Shown: positions 19,733 through 28,949 of the stretch, piece by piece | Layout: every line of letters starts with the position of its first letter | Position numbering within the stretch: the stretch's first letter is position 1 | Origin: Spirochaetaceae bacterium | GTDB lineage: Bacteria; Spirochaetota; Spirochaetia; CADAEX01 | DNA length: 64,000 nucleotides | Assembly: GCA_009780675.1 (NCBI GenBank) | Contig: WQZP01000009.1 | Span: 8,564-72,563, forward strand | Reading direction: 5' to 3' | Program-made: the position numbers and the translations under genes | The notes under the pieces: model-generated | Database searches by the model: none | Told to the model about the DNA's origin: nothing | What the model saw: only the letters and a program-made list of their open reading frames with translations

Positions 19733-20579
19733 ATTTTTTTCCCTGTAGTTTGTTTATCGCGTTTGAATTACGCAATGCTTCAATAATACAAAACAACACA
19801 AAGACAAGCAAGTTAACAAGAACAACACTTGCGCCAGTTGGCGTAGCGTATAAATATGAAATAACTACTCCGACAAAAAAACAGAGTATGGAAATGATGG
19901 CAGAACAAATAGTAACACTTTTGAATTTTTTGAATATTCGCATTGAACTAAGGGCTGGAAAAATAATCAGGCTTGAAATAAGCAATGCTCCCATAATGCG
20001 CATGCCAAGTACAATGGTAAGAGCAGTTAAAAAAGCAATTAGCATATTATAAATGTTGGCGTTTATTCCTGTTGCTTTGGCAAAAGTTTCGTCAAAAGTT
20101 ATGGCGAATAATTTGTTGTAAAACAGGACAAAAAGAACTAACACGATAATTGAAAGGGTAATACTTAAATGCACATCTGCTCTGGTCATGGCAAGAATGC
20201 TTCCGAAAAGATAATTACACACATCTGTATTCATACCTGTTGTCTGAGATATGATTATTACGCCTACAGCCAGAGAGCCAGTAGAAACAAGGGCAACTGC
20301 TGCATCTCCCTTTATTTTGCTGTTTTCGCTCAAACGGAGCAGTAAAAAAGCTGCTGCTATTACTACTGGGATCGAAACAGTCAGTGGAGCCATATTGAGC
20401 GCAGTGGCAAGCGCCAGAGAACCAAAGCCAACATTGGAAAGCCCGCTGCCAATCATCGAGTAACGTTTTAATACAAGACTCACCCCAAGCAACGCAGCGC
20501 AGATTGAAACAAGAGCGCCTACTATGAAGGCTCTGACAAGAAACGCAAAACTAAACATCTCAAGGATTATTTCAAGCAT
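19725..20579 (-). CDS. Metal (Zn/Mn) ABC transporter permease
   Basis: LGVSLVLKRYSMIG, YLFGSIL, MRIMGALLISSLIIFPA. Confidence 0.9.
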   Translation of the reverse strand: MLEIILEMFSFAFLVRAFIVGALVSICAALLGVSLVLKRYSMIGSGLSNVGFGSLALATALNMAPLTVSIPVVIAAAFLLLRLSENSKIKGDAAVALVSTGSLAVGVIIISQTTGMNTDVCNYLFGSILAMTRADVHLSITLSIIVLVLFVLFYNKLFAITFDETFAKATGINANIYNMLIAFLTALTIVLGMRIMGALLISSLIIFPALSSMRIFKKFKSVTICSAIISILCFFVGVVISYLYATPTGASVVLVNLLVFVLFCIIEALRNSNAINKLQGKKCG

Positions 20580-21282
20580 CAGCTGTCTCCATTTTTACAA
20601 AAAACTTTTTACTGATCTCCGACTGCTGGTATTTTTCCATGCTTCCGAAAAAGAGCTGCTTTTTTTGCAAATGCAGGACATGTGTCGCGCAGTCCGCAGC
20701 CTCAATTTCATGGGAAACCATGATTATAGTGAAACCTAATTCACGGTTAATTTTTTTAAGCAGTTGGTACAGTTCCACACTTATAAGAGGATCAAGTCCG
20801 GCAAAAGGTTCATCAAGTACAAGGAGTTTGTCCGCAGCGCATAACGAGCGAGCCAGCAAAACACGACGTTGCTGCCCCCCTGAAAGCTCGCGAAAGCAGC
20901 GATTTTTCAAACCAGCAATGCCAAGCAATTGTAAATTTTCTTCTGCTTTATGTTTTTCTGCTTTATTATAAAATGGCCAAAACCCTTTTTTCCCCAAATT
21001 CCCCGACATTACAATTTCAGATACCCCGGCTGGAAAATCTTGCTTAGCAGCAGCTTGCTGCGAAAGATAGCCTACCTTTGCTTGATCAAACTCAGGACCA
21101 AAAACCATTGTCCCCTGCATCGGAGTTATTAGCCGCAATAAGCCTTTGACAAGGGTGCTTTTGCCAGAACCATTTTCTCCGGCAACCAGAAGAAAATCTC
21201 CTGATGTTACAGAAAAATTAAGGCTGCTTACTACAGTATGCCCCTCATATCCAAACGAAGTATTTTGACAGTTAATAAGCAT
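20572..21282 (-). CDS. Metal ABC transporter ATP-binding protein
   Basis: GENGSGKST, LSGGQQRRVLLAR, LVLDEP, MVSHE. Confidence 0.92.
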   Translation of the reverse strand: MLINCQNTSFGYEGHTVVSSLNFSVTSGDFLLVAGENGSGKSTLVKGLLRLITPMQGTMVFGPEFDQAKVGYLSQQAAAKQDFPAGVSEIVMSGNLGKKGFWPFYNKAEKHKAEENLQLLGIAGLKNRCFRELSGGQQRRVLLARSLCAADKLLVLDEPFAGLDPLISVELYQLLKKINRELGFTIIMVSHEIEAADCATHVLHLQKKQLFFGSMEKYQQSEISKKFFVKMETADA

Positions 21283-21283
21283 T

Positions 21284-22372
21284 TTAATTCAATGCCTCTC
21301 GCAGGGTTTCAACATTCCGTCGCATAAGCTCAAGATAACCCAGGCCTGCTTCAAAATCACGTCTGGAAACATTGTGGACAGAATGAAGGAGGCGTTTTTT
21401 TGCCCCGGTTTCTGCGCTGATTGCATCGGCCATCCGCTCATTGGAAAGCTCAATGTGAAACACTACTGGAATTTGTTCTGTCCTGATTTTATTGATCAAA
21501 AAAGCAACTGTGCCTGCGCTTGGCTCGGTTTCAGTAGAGCAGCCAGTAAAAGCTGCATAGTGGGTCAAGCTGTAGGCATCAACAAAATGCCGGAAGGGAA
21601 AGCGGTCGGCAAAAACAATTGTTCTCCGTTTTGCGTTAGCTACAACTTCGGAAAAAGCAGCGTCAAGCTGCTGCAGTTCTTTGATGTAAGCAGCGGCATT
21701 TTGTTGAAAAAAAGCAGCGTTGTTAGGGTCAGCTTCGGATAATAGCTCTGTTATTGCCCGGACAATCAGTATTGCGTTTCCTGGAGAAGTCCAGACATGT
21801 TCATCGAAAAGAGCGCATGTGTGGACTTCATGGCCGTGACTGTGCGCGTGTCCGTAAGCATATCCGTATCCGTGTGCATGACCGTGCCCATGACTATGTC
21901 CATGCCCGTGGCCATGCCCATGATCGTGACTATGTTCGTGACCGTGATCATGGGCACAGTCCTGGTCATCGCACTCATGACAGGGCTCGTCAACTATTTC
22001 CTTTCTAACCAGCCCAACTACATTCATCATGGCAAAAATTGTCATCTCATCTGTGTTCATGGATAGAAGAATGCGCTCGATCCATTGCTCAGACTCTCCG
22101 GTATAGATAAAAATATCGCTGCTCATGATGGTAATAATATCTCTTGGTGAAGGTTCAAAAGAATGGCTTTCTGCTCCTGGCGACAGCAGCATGGTCAGGT
22201 TTACCCTGTCCCCAGCGATTTGCCGGACAAAATCATACGCCGGGAAAATCGTTGTTACTATGTTTATAAGCCCATCCTGGTTTCGCGTAGCGGTACTTCT
22301 GTTTTGTCTGCAAGCAGTAGCAACAGACAACAAAATGGCAAGCGTCATTACTATTAAAATTATTTTTTTCAA
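21284..22372 (-). CDS. Metal ABC transporter substrate-binding lipoprotein (ZnuA/AdcA type) with a His-rich loop
   Basis: Lipobox ATAC, ESHSFEPS, DEHVWTSP, His-Gly-rich insert. Confidence 0.92.
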   Translation of the reverse strand: MKKIILIVMTLAILLSVATACRQNRSTATRNQDGLINIVTTIFPAYDFVRQIAGDRVNLTMLLSPGAESHSFEPSPRDIITIMSSDIFIYTGESEQWIERILLSMNTDEMTIFAMMNVVGLVRKEIVDEPCHECDDQDCAHDHGHEHSHDHGHGHGHGHSHGHGHAHGYGYAYGHAHSHGHEVHTCALFDEHVWTSPGNAILIVRAITELLSEADPNNAAFFQQNAAAYIKELQQLDAAFSEVVANAKRRTIVFADRFPFRHFVDAYSLTHYAAFTGCSTETEPSAGTVAFLINKIRTEQIPVVFHIELSNERMADAISAETGAKKRLLHSVHNVSRRDFEAGLGYLELMRRNVETLREALN

Positions 22373-22405
22373 AATATTCTCCTTAAGAATAAATTTGACA
22401 AGTGG

Positions 22406-23035
22406 CTATAATTTGAGGCTTTGCAGAGGTTTAAGATTGTATAAAAAAATTACACTTGATACTACTACAAAAACACCAGCTAAATACCCTGCGATAATAT
22501 CTGTAGGTGTATGAACCCCCAAATAAATCCTGCTGAATCCCATTAAAAGAATAAAAATAATGGACAATGCAGATACAATGATTTTAAGCAGTTTATTATT
22601 TGTATTCCTTAGAAATAAAAACAAACAAATTCCAACAAAGGCTGTTGTAATCATCGCGTGCGCGCTTGGATGCCCATAACCACTTGCGCTAACTATTCTA
22701 TAATTGTCTGGCCGCTCTATTGCGAAAAAAAGTTTAAGCACATAATTTAACGCAATTGAAGCAAAAACAACAAATGTCACAGGTATGCCTATTTTTTTTC
22801 GCGTTCTGGGGATAACCAAAAATAAAAACGCGATAATGAGATAAACAAACCATTTTCCAATATAATTCAAAAAAATCATTATATTGGTAAGTATTGGATT
22901 TATCCATGCAGAAACCTGTATATACACAGAATCATTCCATGCAGCTAAATTTCCATTTAAAACATTCACAGAGAGCATGATAAATAGGGTTAGCAATATT
23001 ACGATTGTTGACAGACAAAATAAGTTTCTTTTCAT
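22406..23035 (-). CDS. PAP2 family membrane phosphatase
   Basis: KLFFAIERP, PSAHAM, SRIYLGVHTPTDI. Confidence 0.88.
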   Translation of the reverse strand: MKRNLFCLSTIVILLTLFIMLSVNVLNGNLAAWNDSVYIQVSAWINPILTNIMIFLNYIGKWFVYLIIAFLFLVIPRTRKKIGIPVTFVVFASIALNYVLKLFFAIERPDNYRIVSASGYGHPSAHAMITTAFVGICLFLFLRNTNNKLLKIIVSALSIIFILLMGFSRIYLGVHTPTDIIAGYLAGVFVVVSSVIFLYNLKPLQSLKL

Positions 23036-23111
23036 TTGTCTGTATATTACCCTTATTCAGTGTTTTTTGACAAGCGGGCATAGATATTGCTTATTAAAAT
23101 AACGCAATTAA

Positions 23112-23144
23112 AAAAAGCTGTGCATGGTTTTCGCACAGCTTTTT
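23112..23144 (-). terminator. Intrinsic terminator downstream of hsp20 (bidirectional shape)
   Basis: AAAAAGCTGTGC-9 nt-GCACAGCTTTTT. Confidence 0.8.
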
Positions 23145-23197
23145 GGTTTTTAAAATAACCTGTTCTCTTTTACAAGCTAACAATTCTGGTTTGACAA

Positions 23198-23635
23198 TTA
23201 TTTTTTAATTTCTACTTTTTTTGGTTCTTTTTTTTCTTTCTTCAGAATCTCAAGAGCCAAAATGCCATTATCAAATTTTGCTTCGATTTTTTCTTCATCA
23301 GCATTTTCAGGAAGCATAAAAGATCTGTAATACTTCTCTACTCTTTCAGAGATAAGGTGTTTGTTTTTTCCCTTTTCCTCTTCTTTGGCTCCTTTCTCTG
23401 CTTTTACTGTAAGAACATTTTTTTCGATTCTTACATCGATCTGTTCTTGAGAAAATCCTGGAAACTCTATTTCAAAGTCATAGCTTTTCTCTTTTTCTAT
23501 AATATCAACAATAGGTTTTCTAAAATTATCACTAAGGCTGATATCGAAAAAATCTTCCATGAAACTATTCCACACTGGGCTTAAAGTTGTCCCAAATGGT
23601 TTGTAAGTTACTATCTTGTTCATAATTTCCTCCAA
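23198..23635 (-). CDS. Hsp20/alpha-crystallin small heat-shock protein
   Basis: VDIIEKEK...EFPG...ERVEKYYRSFMLPENAD...AKFDNGILAL and C-terminal VEIK (IxI/V-like). Confidence 0.93.
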   Translation of the reverse strand: MEEIMNKIVTYKPFGTTLSPVWNSFMEDFFDISLSDNFRKPIVDIIEKEKSYDFEIEFPGFSQEQIDVRIEKNVLTVKAEKGAKEEEKGKNKHLISERVEKYYRSFMLPENADEEKIEAKFDNGILALEILKKEKKEPKKVEIKK

Positions 23636-23663
23636 AATTATTTATTATTTTCAGCAACTATAT

Positions 23664-23680
23664 TGCAAATAGCGTGCCAA
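23664..23680 (-). promoter_or_regulatory. sigma54 (-24/-12) promoter of hsp20
   Basis: Minus strand TTGGCACG-CTAT-TTGCA matches YTGGCACG-N4-TTGCW exactly; ends 29 nt before the ATG. Confidence 0.8.
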
Positions 23681-23902
23681 CTAAAATATTTTTATGTAAG
23701 TGCTTATAATATAAAGAATTACGTCATTTGCTTGATTTTAGCGAAAAAAAGCAATATTTATCCAACTGTGTCATTATAATACACGAGCTATTTTTTTCCA
23801 CATACTGTGTAATTTTGATACAATAAGATATTTTTTGTATTACTTAGTGTGCTCTTTAGCGTAAATGCGATAATATCAGTTAAAAATATTTTAAAAAATT
23901 AT

Positions 23903-25267
23903 ATGACAACAGAAAAAGAATTAACTTATAAGAAGATATTTATATTCTGGGCTCCTCTTTCGTTTATGTGGGTTGCTATGGCGCTTGAGAAGCCTATTAT
24001 CAACTCAGTAATTGCGAGAATGCCTTTTGCAACAGAGAATCTTGCTATTTTCGGAGTTGTTTTCGCGCTAAGTCTTATTATCGAAGGGCCAATTATTCAA
24101 ATGCTTTCTGCTGCCAATGCGCTGTCAACAAGTTATGATAATTATAAAAGGCTCTCAAGATTTTTGCTGTTTATTATTTTAATACTAACAGCTATCCATA
24201 TTCTAATCTGCGTGCCTCAAGTATTTAATTTTATTGCAAAAAAACTTTTAAATCTGAATGATGATTTTATAACTCCTGCCCGGATCACTCTTATAATCAT
24301 GATTCCCTGGGCGCCGGCAATAGGATACAGGCGAATGTGGCAGGGAGTACTCATAAGAGCAGGAAGAACATATTCTGCGACAATTATTATGATAATAAGG
24401 ATTATAGCAACAATTATAGCTCTTTTTATTGGATACTTTTTTACAGATATTAGAGGTTCCTATATTGCCGCAGCTTCTTTGAGTGTCGGGGTCATTACCG
24501 GCGCAATAATAGCAGCTATTTTTGCATCAAAAACAATACAGGAAAAGAAAATACAATCAGATAATACTCCTGTTATATCATGGAAAGATCTTTTTGTCTT
24601 TTATATGCCGCTTGCACTTACTTCATTTGTAACAATGTCAAGCAGACCCATAATTTCCGCAGGAATTACACGTGGACTCCTTCCAATAGAATCGCTCGCA
24701 GCATGGCCTGTTACATATTCATTTGTTTTTCTTTTCCTAAGTTTTCCATACTCTTTTCAGGAAGCTGCGATTGCTTTATTTTCAGGCAAAAAGAATAACA
24801 GAATGTTGCTTAATAGTATTATTGCGATTGGGGCAATAACTGTTTTTGTATATGCTGCTGCAGTGCTTTCCCCTTTTGGAAGAGTTTTTTTCCTGTCAAA
24901 AATATCGGGATTGCCGGAATATCTTATTTCAATATCAATAACGCCACTTATAATAATGATTATTGTTTCTTCTGTAGTCCCTGTTATTACATGGTTGCGC
25001 GCTGTTAATATTCATGAAAAAACAACAAGCACTATTGCTATTGCGGTTTTTATTAATCTAACTGTTGTAGTGCTTACAATGACTTTGCTAAATATGTTCT
25101 TTTCAATAGTGGGAATCACAGCAGCGGCGATATCTTTTGCAGCAGCGGTTTCCGCAGAAGCTGTTTTTCTTATAATTGCTACAAAGAGGAATGCAGCAGG
25201 AAAGTTGCGTTCCGCGCAACAGCGCCTCCATAACAGCTCAACCAGCGCTACAAATAGCCAAGACTAA
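23903..25267 (+). CDS. MOP/MATE-superfamily membrane protein (ANKH-like N-terminus)
   Basis: About 12 TM helices in two repeats; FWAPLS...IINSVIARM..ENLAIFGVVFALSLIIEGP; ATG at 23903 (track start 23849). Confidence 0.7.
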   Translation: MTTEKELTYKKIFIFWAPLSFMWVAMALEKPIINSVIARMPFATENLAIFGVVFALSLIIEGPIIQMLSAANALSTSYDNYKRLSRFLLFIILILTAIHILICVPQVFNFIAKKLLNLNDDFITPARITLIIMIPWAPAIGYRRMWQGVLIRAGRTYSATIIMIIRIIATIIALFIGYFFTDIRGSYIAAASLSVGVITGAIIAAIFASKTIQEKKIQSDNTPVISWKDLFVFYMPLALTSFVTMSSRPIISAGITRGLLPIESLAAWPVTYSFVFLFLSFPYSFQEAAIALFSGKKNNRMLLNSIIAIGAITVFVYAAAVLSPFGRVFFLSKISGLPEYLISISITPLIIMIIVSSVVPVITWLRAVNIHEKTTSTIAIAVFINLTVVVLTMTLLNMFFSIVGITAAAISFAAAVSAEAVFLIIATKRNAAGKLRSAQQRLHNSSTSATNSQD

Positions 25268-25652
25268 AGTCGCCATATATCTTAAGGCAGAGGCCATCTT
25301 TGTTAACATAAAGTTTTCTCTCTGGAAAATATTCTGCAAGTTTTTCTTCCAGTAATTCTTTTACTTTTTCCTCTACTTCATGTATATGTTCAGGATCAAT
25401 TTTTTCAAGAGTCACAAACCTGATCTCTATTGCATATCCTTTACCATATATAGAGCCAAATCCTGCTGTATAACTTGCGCCTACATTAAAAAGTCCGTCA
25501 TGCGACTTATTACTTGCTTCTCCTCTTGGAAGCCTGGCAGGGTGGAGAGTATAAAGATCGCCATAATAATCTTCAAGGTAATCATCGATTTCATCAAACA
25601 CCTTTTTGAGAGTCTCATCAAATTTAGCCATTTTTGGGTGTGATATCACCAT
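25248..25652 (-). CDS. Hypothetical protein
   Basis: 134-aa ORF in an operon-like run with thpR; host-like composition. Confidence 0.7.
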   Translation of the reverse strand: MVISHPKMAKFDETLKKVFDEIDDYLEDYYGDLYTLHPARLPRGEASNKSHDGLFNVGASYTAGFGSIYGKGYAIEIRFVTLEKIDPEHIHEVEEKVKELLEEKLAEYFPERKLYVNKDGLCLKIYGDFSLGYL

Positions 25653-25670
25653 TAGGACTTTCTCTCTCCT

Positions 25671-26222
25671 CTATGTGATTTGAAGTTTTACGCTATATAA
25701 AGGATTATAACATAAAACACCTTTTTCCATAAAGCTTTCCATTAAAGTAATGGCGCTGCAATCAAAAGTTATTTTAGGCAAATCAATCTCTTTTGCAATA
25801 ATTTTAAAATCATTTTTAAATTTGATTCTTCTTCCAATGGTTATGTGCGGTGTAAATACTTTATCTTCTTTTTTAAATCCTGATTTTTGAAGCTCTTCTT
25901 CAAGGAGAGCGGAAAGTTTCCATAGATTCTCAGCTCCATTATCTACTCCTAAAAACAAGGTAGCTCCTTCGGTTTTATAAAAGCAGTCTGTATTACCTGA
26001 GGTAAAAACAAAGGGAGCTGACTCTTCTGCGGCTCTATCCATAACAAATATAATTTTAGAAATTATTTCTTTTTCCACTTCTCCTAAAAATTTCAATGTA
26101 AGATGATAGTTTTCAATCCGTGTAAATGTCCCTTTAACTGATTGAGCTTTATACTGTTTTTGAATTTCAGAAATAGTCTTTTTATTTTCATCTTTAATTT
26201 GCGCTGCAATAAATAGTCTCAT
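25671..26222 (-). CDS. thpR: RNA 2',3'-cyclic phosphodiesterase (2H family)
   Basis: MRLFIA start, two HxT motifs (YHLTLKFLGEV, PHITIGR). Confidence 0.92.
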   Translation of the reverse strand: MRLFIAAQIKDENKKTISEIQKQYKAQSVKGTFTRIENYHLTLKFLGEVEKEIISKIIFVMDRAAEESAPFVFTSGNTDCFYKTEGATLFLGVDNGAENLWKLSALLEEELQKSGFKKEDKVFTPHITIGRRIKFKNDFKIIAKEIDLPKITFDCSAITLMESFMEKGVLCYNPLYSVKLQIT

Positions 26223-26239
26223 ATTTTACCTTTATCAAA

Positions 26240-27352
26240 TCAGAAGCGGAGTCCATAATCCAATCTAATGGTAACAGGGCTTTTATCAATTCTTTCGCCA
26301 ATAACTGGAAACCCTATTGTCAATACACCAGTCCCAAAGGAAAACAGTTCAGAAAACAGGGAAAATCCTGTTGACATAAGCACTCCCAATCCATTATCGT
26401 TATATCCTGCCAGCTTATCAAAGTAGCAGACATCAAAAAAAGCAAGAAATCCAGGGCGCAATACCTCTGTTCCATTTTGGCTTTTTATTCGCGGCATCTT
26501 AAATCTAATATCAAAATTACCTATTACTTTTACTTCGCCGTCAAAGCGGCCGCTTTCAAATCCTCTTACCCTGCCACCGCTCCCATCTGTCGCTCTCTGG
26601 ACACCAAATGTCTGTCTGACAGGTAACGGGATGTTATCTCCAAAAACATAATCTATTCCTAAAGAATTTGCCAAATAAATTGCTGTTATAGGTCTGCCCT
26701 GCTGTTTTGTTTCATAGAGCGGGTGAAAACTTTTTACATTCATAAATAATCTTGTAAAATCAGCTATGCCTATAATATCATTAAAAAACCATTCAGGACC
26801 TATTTCTGCTGAAAGCTCTGAGTGAAAACCGCTCCTAAGTCCGGTTTCCCGATTAAAAAGAGTATTATCAACTATTACAGAAGCAATAAAAGTGTTATAA
26901 AGCACTCCATCTTTATCGGGCCGTATAGAATCAAATAGTATGCTGTTTTGATTGAACATATTAAATTTCCATCCGCGCATAGCCCTATAACCCAACAAAA
27001 TTGAAAGAAGATTTTTATCGGTTTTATTATTCCATAATATTCCCTGCTCAATTCCAAATCCCCATTTTGCATCTATTCTTGTAAAAGTGTAGTCAAGATC
27101 CCTGCTGTCTGTATAAAGGTCATTTTCATCCCTGTAATAACCAAACCCGCCTACAATGCCTCCAAGGGTAAGGCGTAAAATAGTATCCCGGCTTTCTATA
27201 AGTCCGTTATTTAAGCGCAAACAGAAGTCAACATCAAGCCCCCATGTTCTCAAGCGTGGCTCAATATAAAAGTCTCCTATCCCTTCTTCCCCAGAAAGAG
27301 AAAAAACAGAGATCATCAATAAAAGAAATAGTGAAACTGGTTTGCGGAGCAT
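26240..27352 (-). CDS. Omp85/BamA-TamA-type beta-barrel outer membrane protein, short
   Basis: Signal peptide MLRKPVSLFLLLMISVFSLSG, L6 motif GGRVRGF, C-terminal beta-signal IRLDYGLRF; start 27352 fits the end of hisC. Confidence 0.7.
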   Translation of the reverse strand: MLRKPVSLFLLLMISVFSLSGEEGIGDFYIEPRLRTWGLDVDFCLRLNNGLIESRDTILRLTLGGIVGGFGYYRDENDLYTDSRDLDYTFTRIDAKWGFGIEQGILWNNKTDKNLLSILLGYRAMRGWKFNMFNQNSILFDSIRPDKDGVLYNTFIASVIVDNTLFNRETGLRSGFHSELSAEIGPEWFFNDIIGIADFTRLFMNVKSFHPLYETKQQGRPITAIYLANSLGIDYVFGDNIPLPVRQTFGVQRATDGSGGRVRGFESGRFDGEVKVIGNFDIRFKMPRIKSQNGTEVLRPGFLAFFDVCYFDKLAGYNDNGLGVLMSTGFSLFSELFSFGTGVLTIGFPVIGERIDKSPVTIRLDYGLRF

Positions 27353-27359
27353 ACGAACT

Positions 27360-28463
27360 TTACTTGCCAAGGATTTCCCTGAAATATTTGAAAAACAATT
27401 CATTTTCTTTTTTCTTGCCTATTGTAACCCTAATACACGAGGAAAATTTCAGGCTTTTTTGTGGGCGAACAATGATCCCTTTTTTTAAAAGTTTTCCCGC
27501 AACAGATGCCCCTTCAACACCTGTATCAATAAGGATATAGTTTGTCTGGCTCTTATAATATTTAAGACCCATTTTATCCAGCTCCGAATAATAGTATTTT
27601 TTCTCTATTTTAGTTTCGTTTACTGTTTTGTTAAAATAATCTACATCATCCAGAGCACAAAGAGCAAGATTTTCCGCTATTATAGAAACATCGAATGGTG
27701 GTTTGACCTTTTGCACCAAATTTATAAATTCAGGATTACTTATGCCATAACCAATCCGTACACCAGCCAAGCCGTAGATTTTGGAAAAAGTACGGAGTAT
27801 AAAAAGGTTTTTTACGCCATCCCGGATCATGCCCAAAGAGTCGGGGATATATTCTTCTTCTGTAAATTCTATATAAGCTTCATCAAGAAAAATTATTGTT
27901 TTTTCGGGAATACTTTTAATAAAATCCGTTACCTCTTTTTGGGGCAGGGCTTCTCCTGTTGGATTATTGGGATTACAAAGATAGATAACTTTGGTCTTAT
28001 TTGTAATTTTTTTATAAATATCATCAAGGTCTATCAATGTGCCTTTCATTTTTGTAAAAATAGGGACACCTCTCATAATCCTTGTAATTGTTTCATATAC
28101 CGGGAATGTTATTTCAGGGATAAGGGCTTCATCTCCGTCATTAATAAAAGCCATCCCAAAGTTGTATATAACTCCGTCTCCTCCGCAACCCAATGTAATA
28201 TTTTCCTGTTTAAGGTTTAGGTTTTGCGCAAATTTTGCCATAAGTTCCGGATTGTAAATTTCGGGATATCTGTGGAGATGGTCTTCAAGCGCTCTGTAGG
28301 CAGCTTTTACGTTACTGGAAACGCCATTGGGATTTTCATTGGAAGCCATTTTATAAATTTCAATGCCCTGGCCAATCTCTCTTTCTACTTCCTTTATTGA
28401 TCTCCCGGGAACATATTCTTTTATTTCAAAAATACCGCTGTTTGCATAGTCTTTAATATTCAA
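27360..28463 (-). CDS. hisC: Histidinol-phosphate aminotransferase
   Basis: KMASNENP, YLCNPNNPTG, FLDEAYIEF, LRTFSKIYGLAGVRIGY; TTG start at 28463 with GGAG RBS. Confidence 0.9.
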   Translation of the reverse strand: MNIKDYANSGIFEIKEYVPGRSIKEVEREIGQGIEIYKMASNENPNGVSSNVKAAYRALEDHLHRYPEIYNPELMAKFAQNLNLKQENITLGCGGDGVIYNFGMAFINDGDEALIPEITFPVYETITRIMRGVPIFTKMKGTLIDLDDIYKKITNKTKVIYLCNPNNPTGEALPQKEVTDFIKSIPEKTIIFLDEAYIEFTEEEYIPDSLGMIRDGVKNLFILRTFSKIYGLAGVRIGYGISNPEFINLVQKVKPPFDVSIIAENLALCALDDVDYFNKTVNETKIEKKYYYSELDKMGLKYYKSQTNYILIDTGVEGASVAGKLLKKGIIVRPQKSLKFSSCIRVTIGKKKENELFFKYFREILGK

Positions 28464-28641
28464 TATCTTACTCCGTGATTTTACTTGGCAAAATATGAGT
28501 TTATAACAATAAATGGTAAAATACAACAAATGTAGGGTAAAAACAAGATAGTAGATTTACTTTTTATACTTAAGGAAATGAAAACTCAAAACAGAATTTT
28601 GAATAAATTTCACGCAAATGCGCAAAGACGCTAAGAATATA

Positions 28642-28814
28642 TTAGGGAGCACTGATTTTGTTGATTATGTTCAGGCGTTGTTTATCCGGCAGCTTGGAAA
28701 GCAGGCTGATTATTTCGCCTATTTCGCTCTGGTTTTCTTCGGTTTCATCTGCGAAAGCCCTTTGGAATTTCTCAATTTTCTTAAATTAATGATAAAAATC
28801 TGCTTTAAGCCCAT
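28642..28814 (-). pseudogene. XRE-family regulator remnant with internal deletion/frameshift
   Basis: MGLKQIFIINLRKLRNSKGLSQMK then a premature TAG; a shifted frame gives DETEENQSEIGEIISLLSKLPDKQRLNIINKISAP*. Confidence 0.65.
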
Positions 28815-28842
28815 ATTTTATATACTAATTGCCAATATTTTA

Positions 28843-28870
28843 TTGACAATGGACAAAATGCACATATAAT
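28843..28870 (+). promoter_or_regulatory. Consensus sigma70 promoter for the lipoprotein gene
   Basis: TTGACA-N16-TATAAT; direct repeat TGGACAAAAT at 28850 and 28872. Confidence 0.7.
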
Positions 28871-28949
28871 TTGGACAAAATAACAATATAAAAAATCAAG
28901 GCTGATTTTTTGTCAGATTGACTTTTACTAAAGGAAAAGGAGGTTTATT

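Noticed and set aside
22406-23035. PAP2 phosphatase as the missing glucosyl-phosphoglycerate phosphatase
   Set aside because: It is a membrane lipid-phosphatase type linked to the metal ABC operon; nothing ties it to gpgS.
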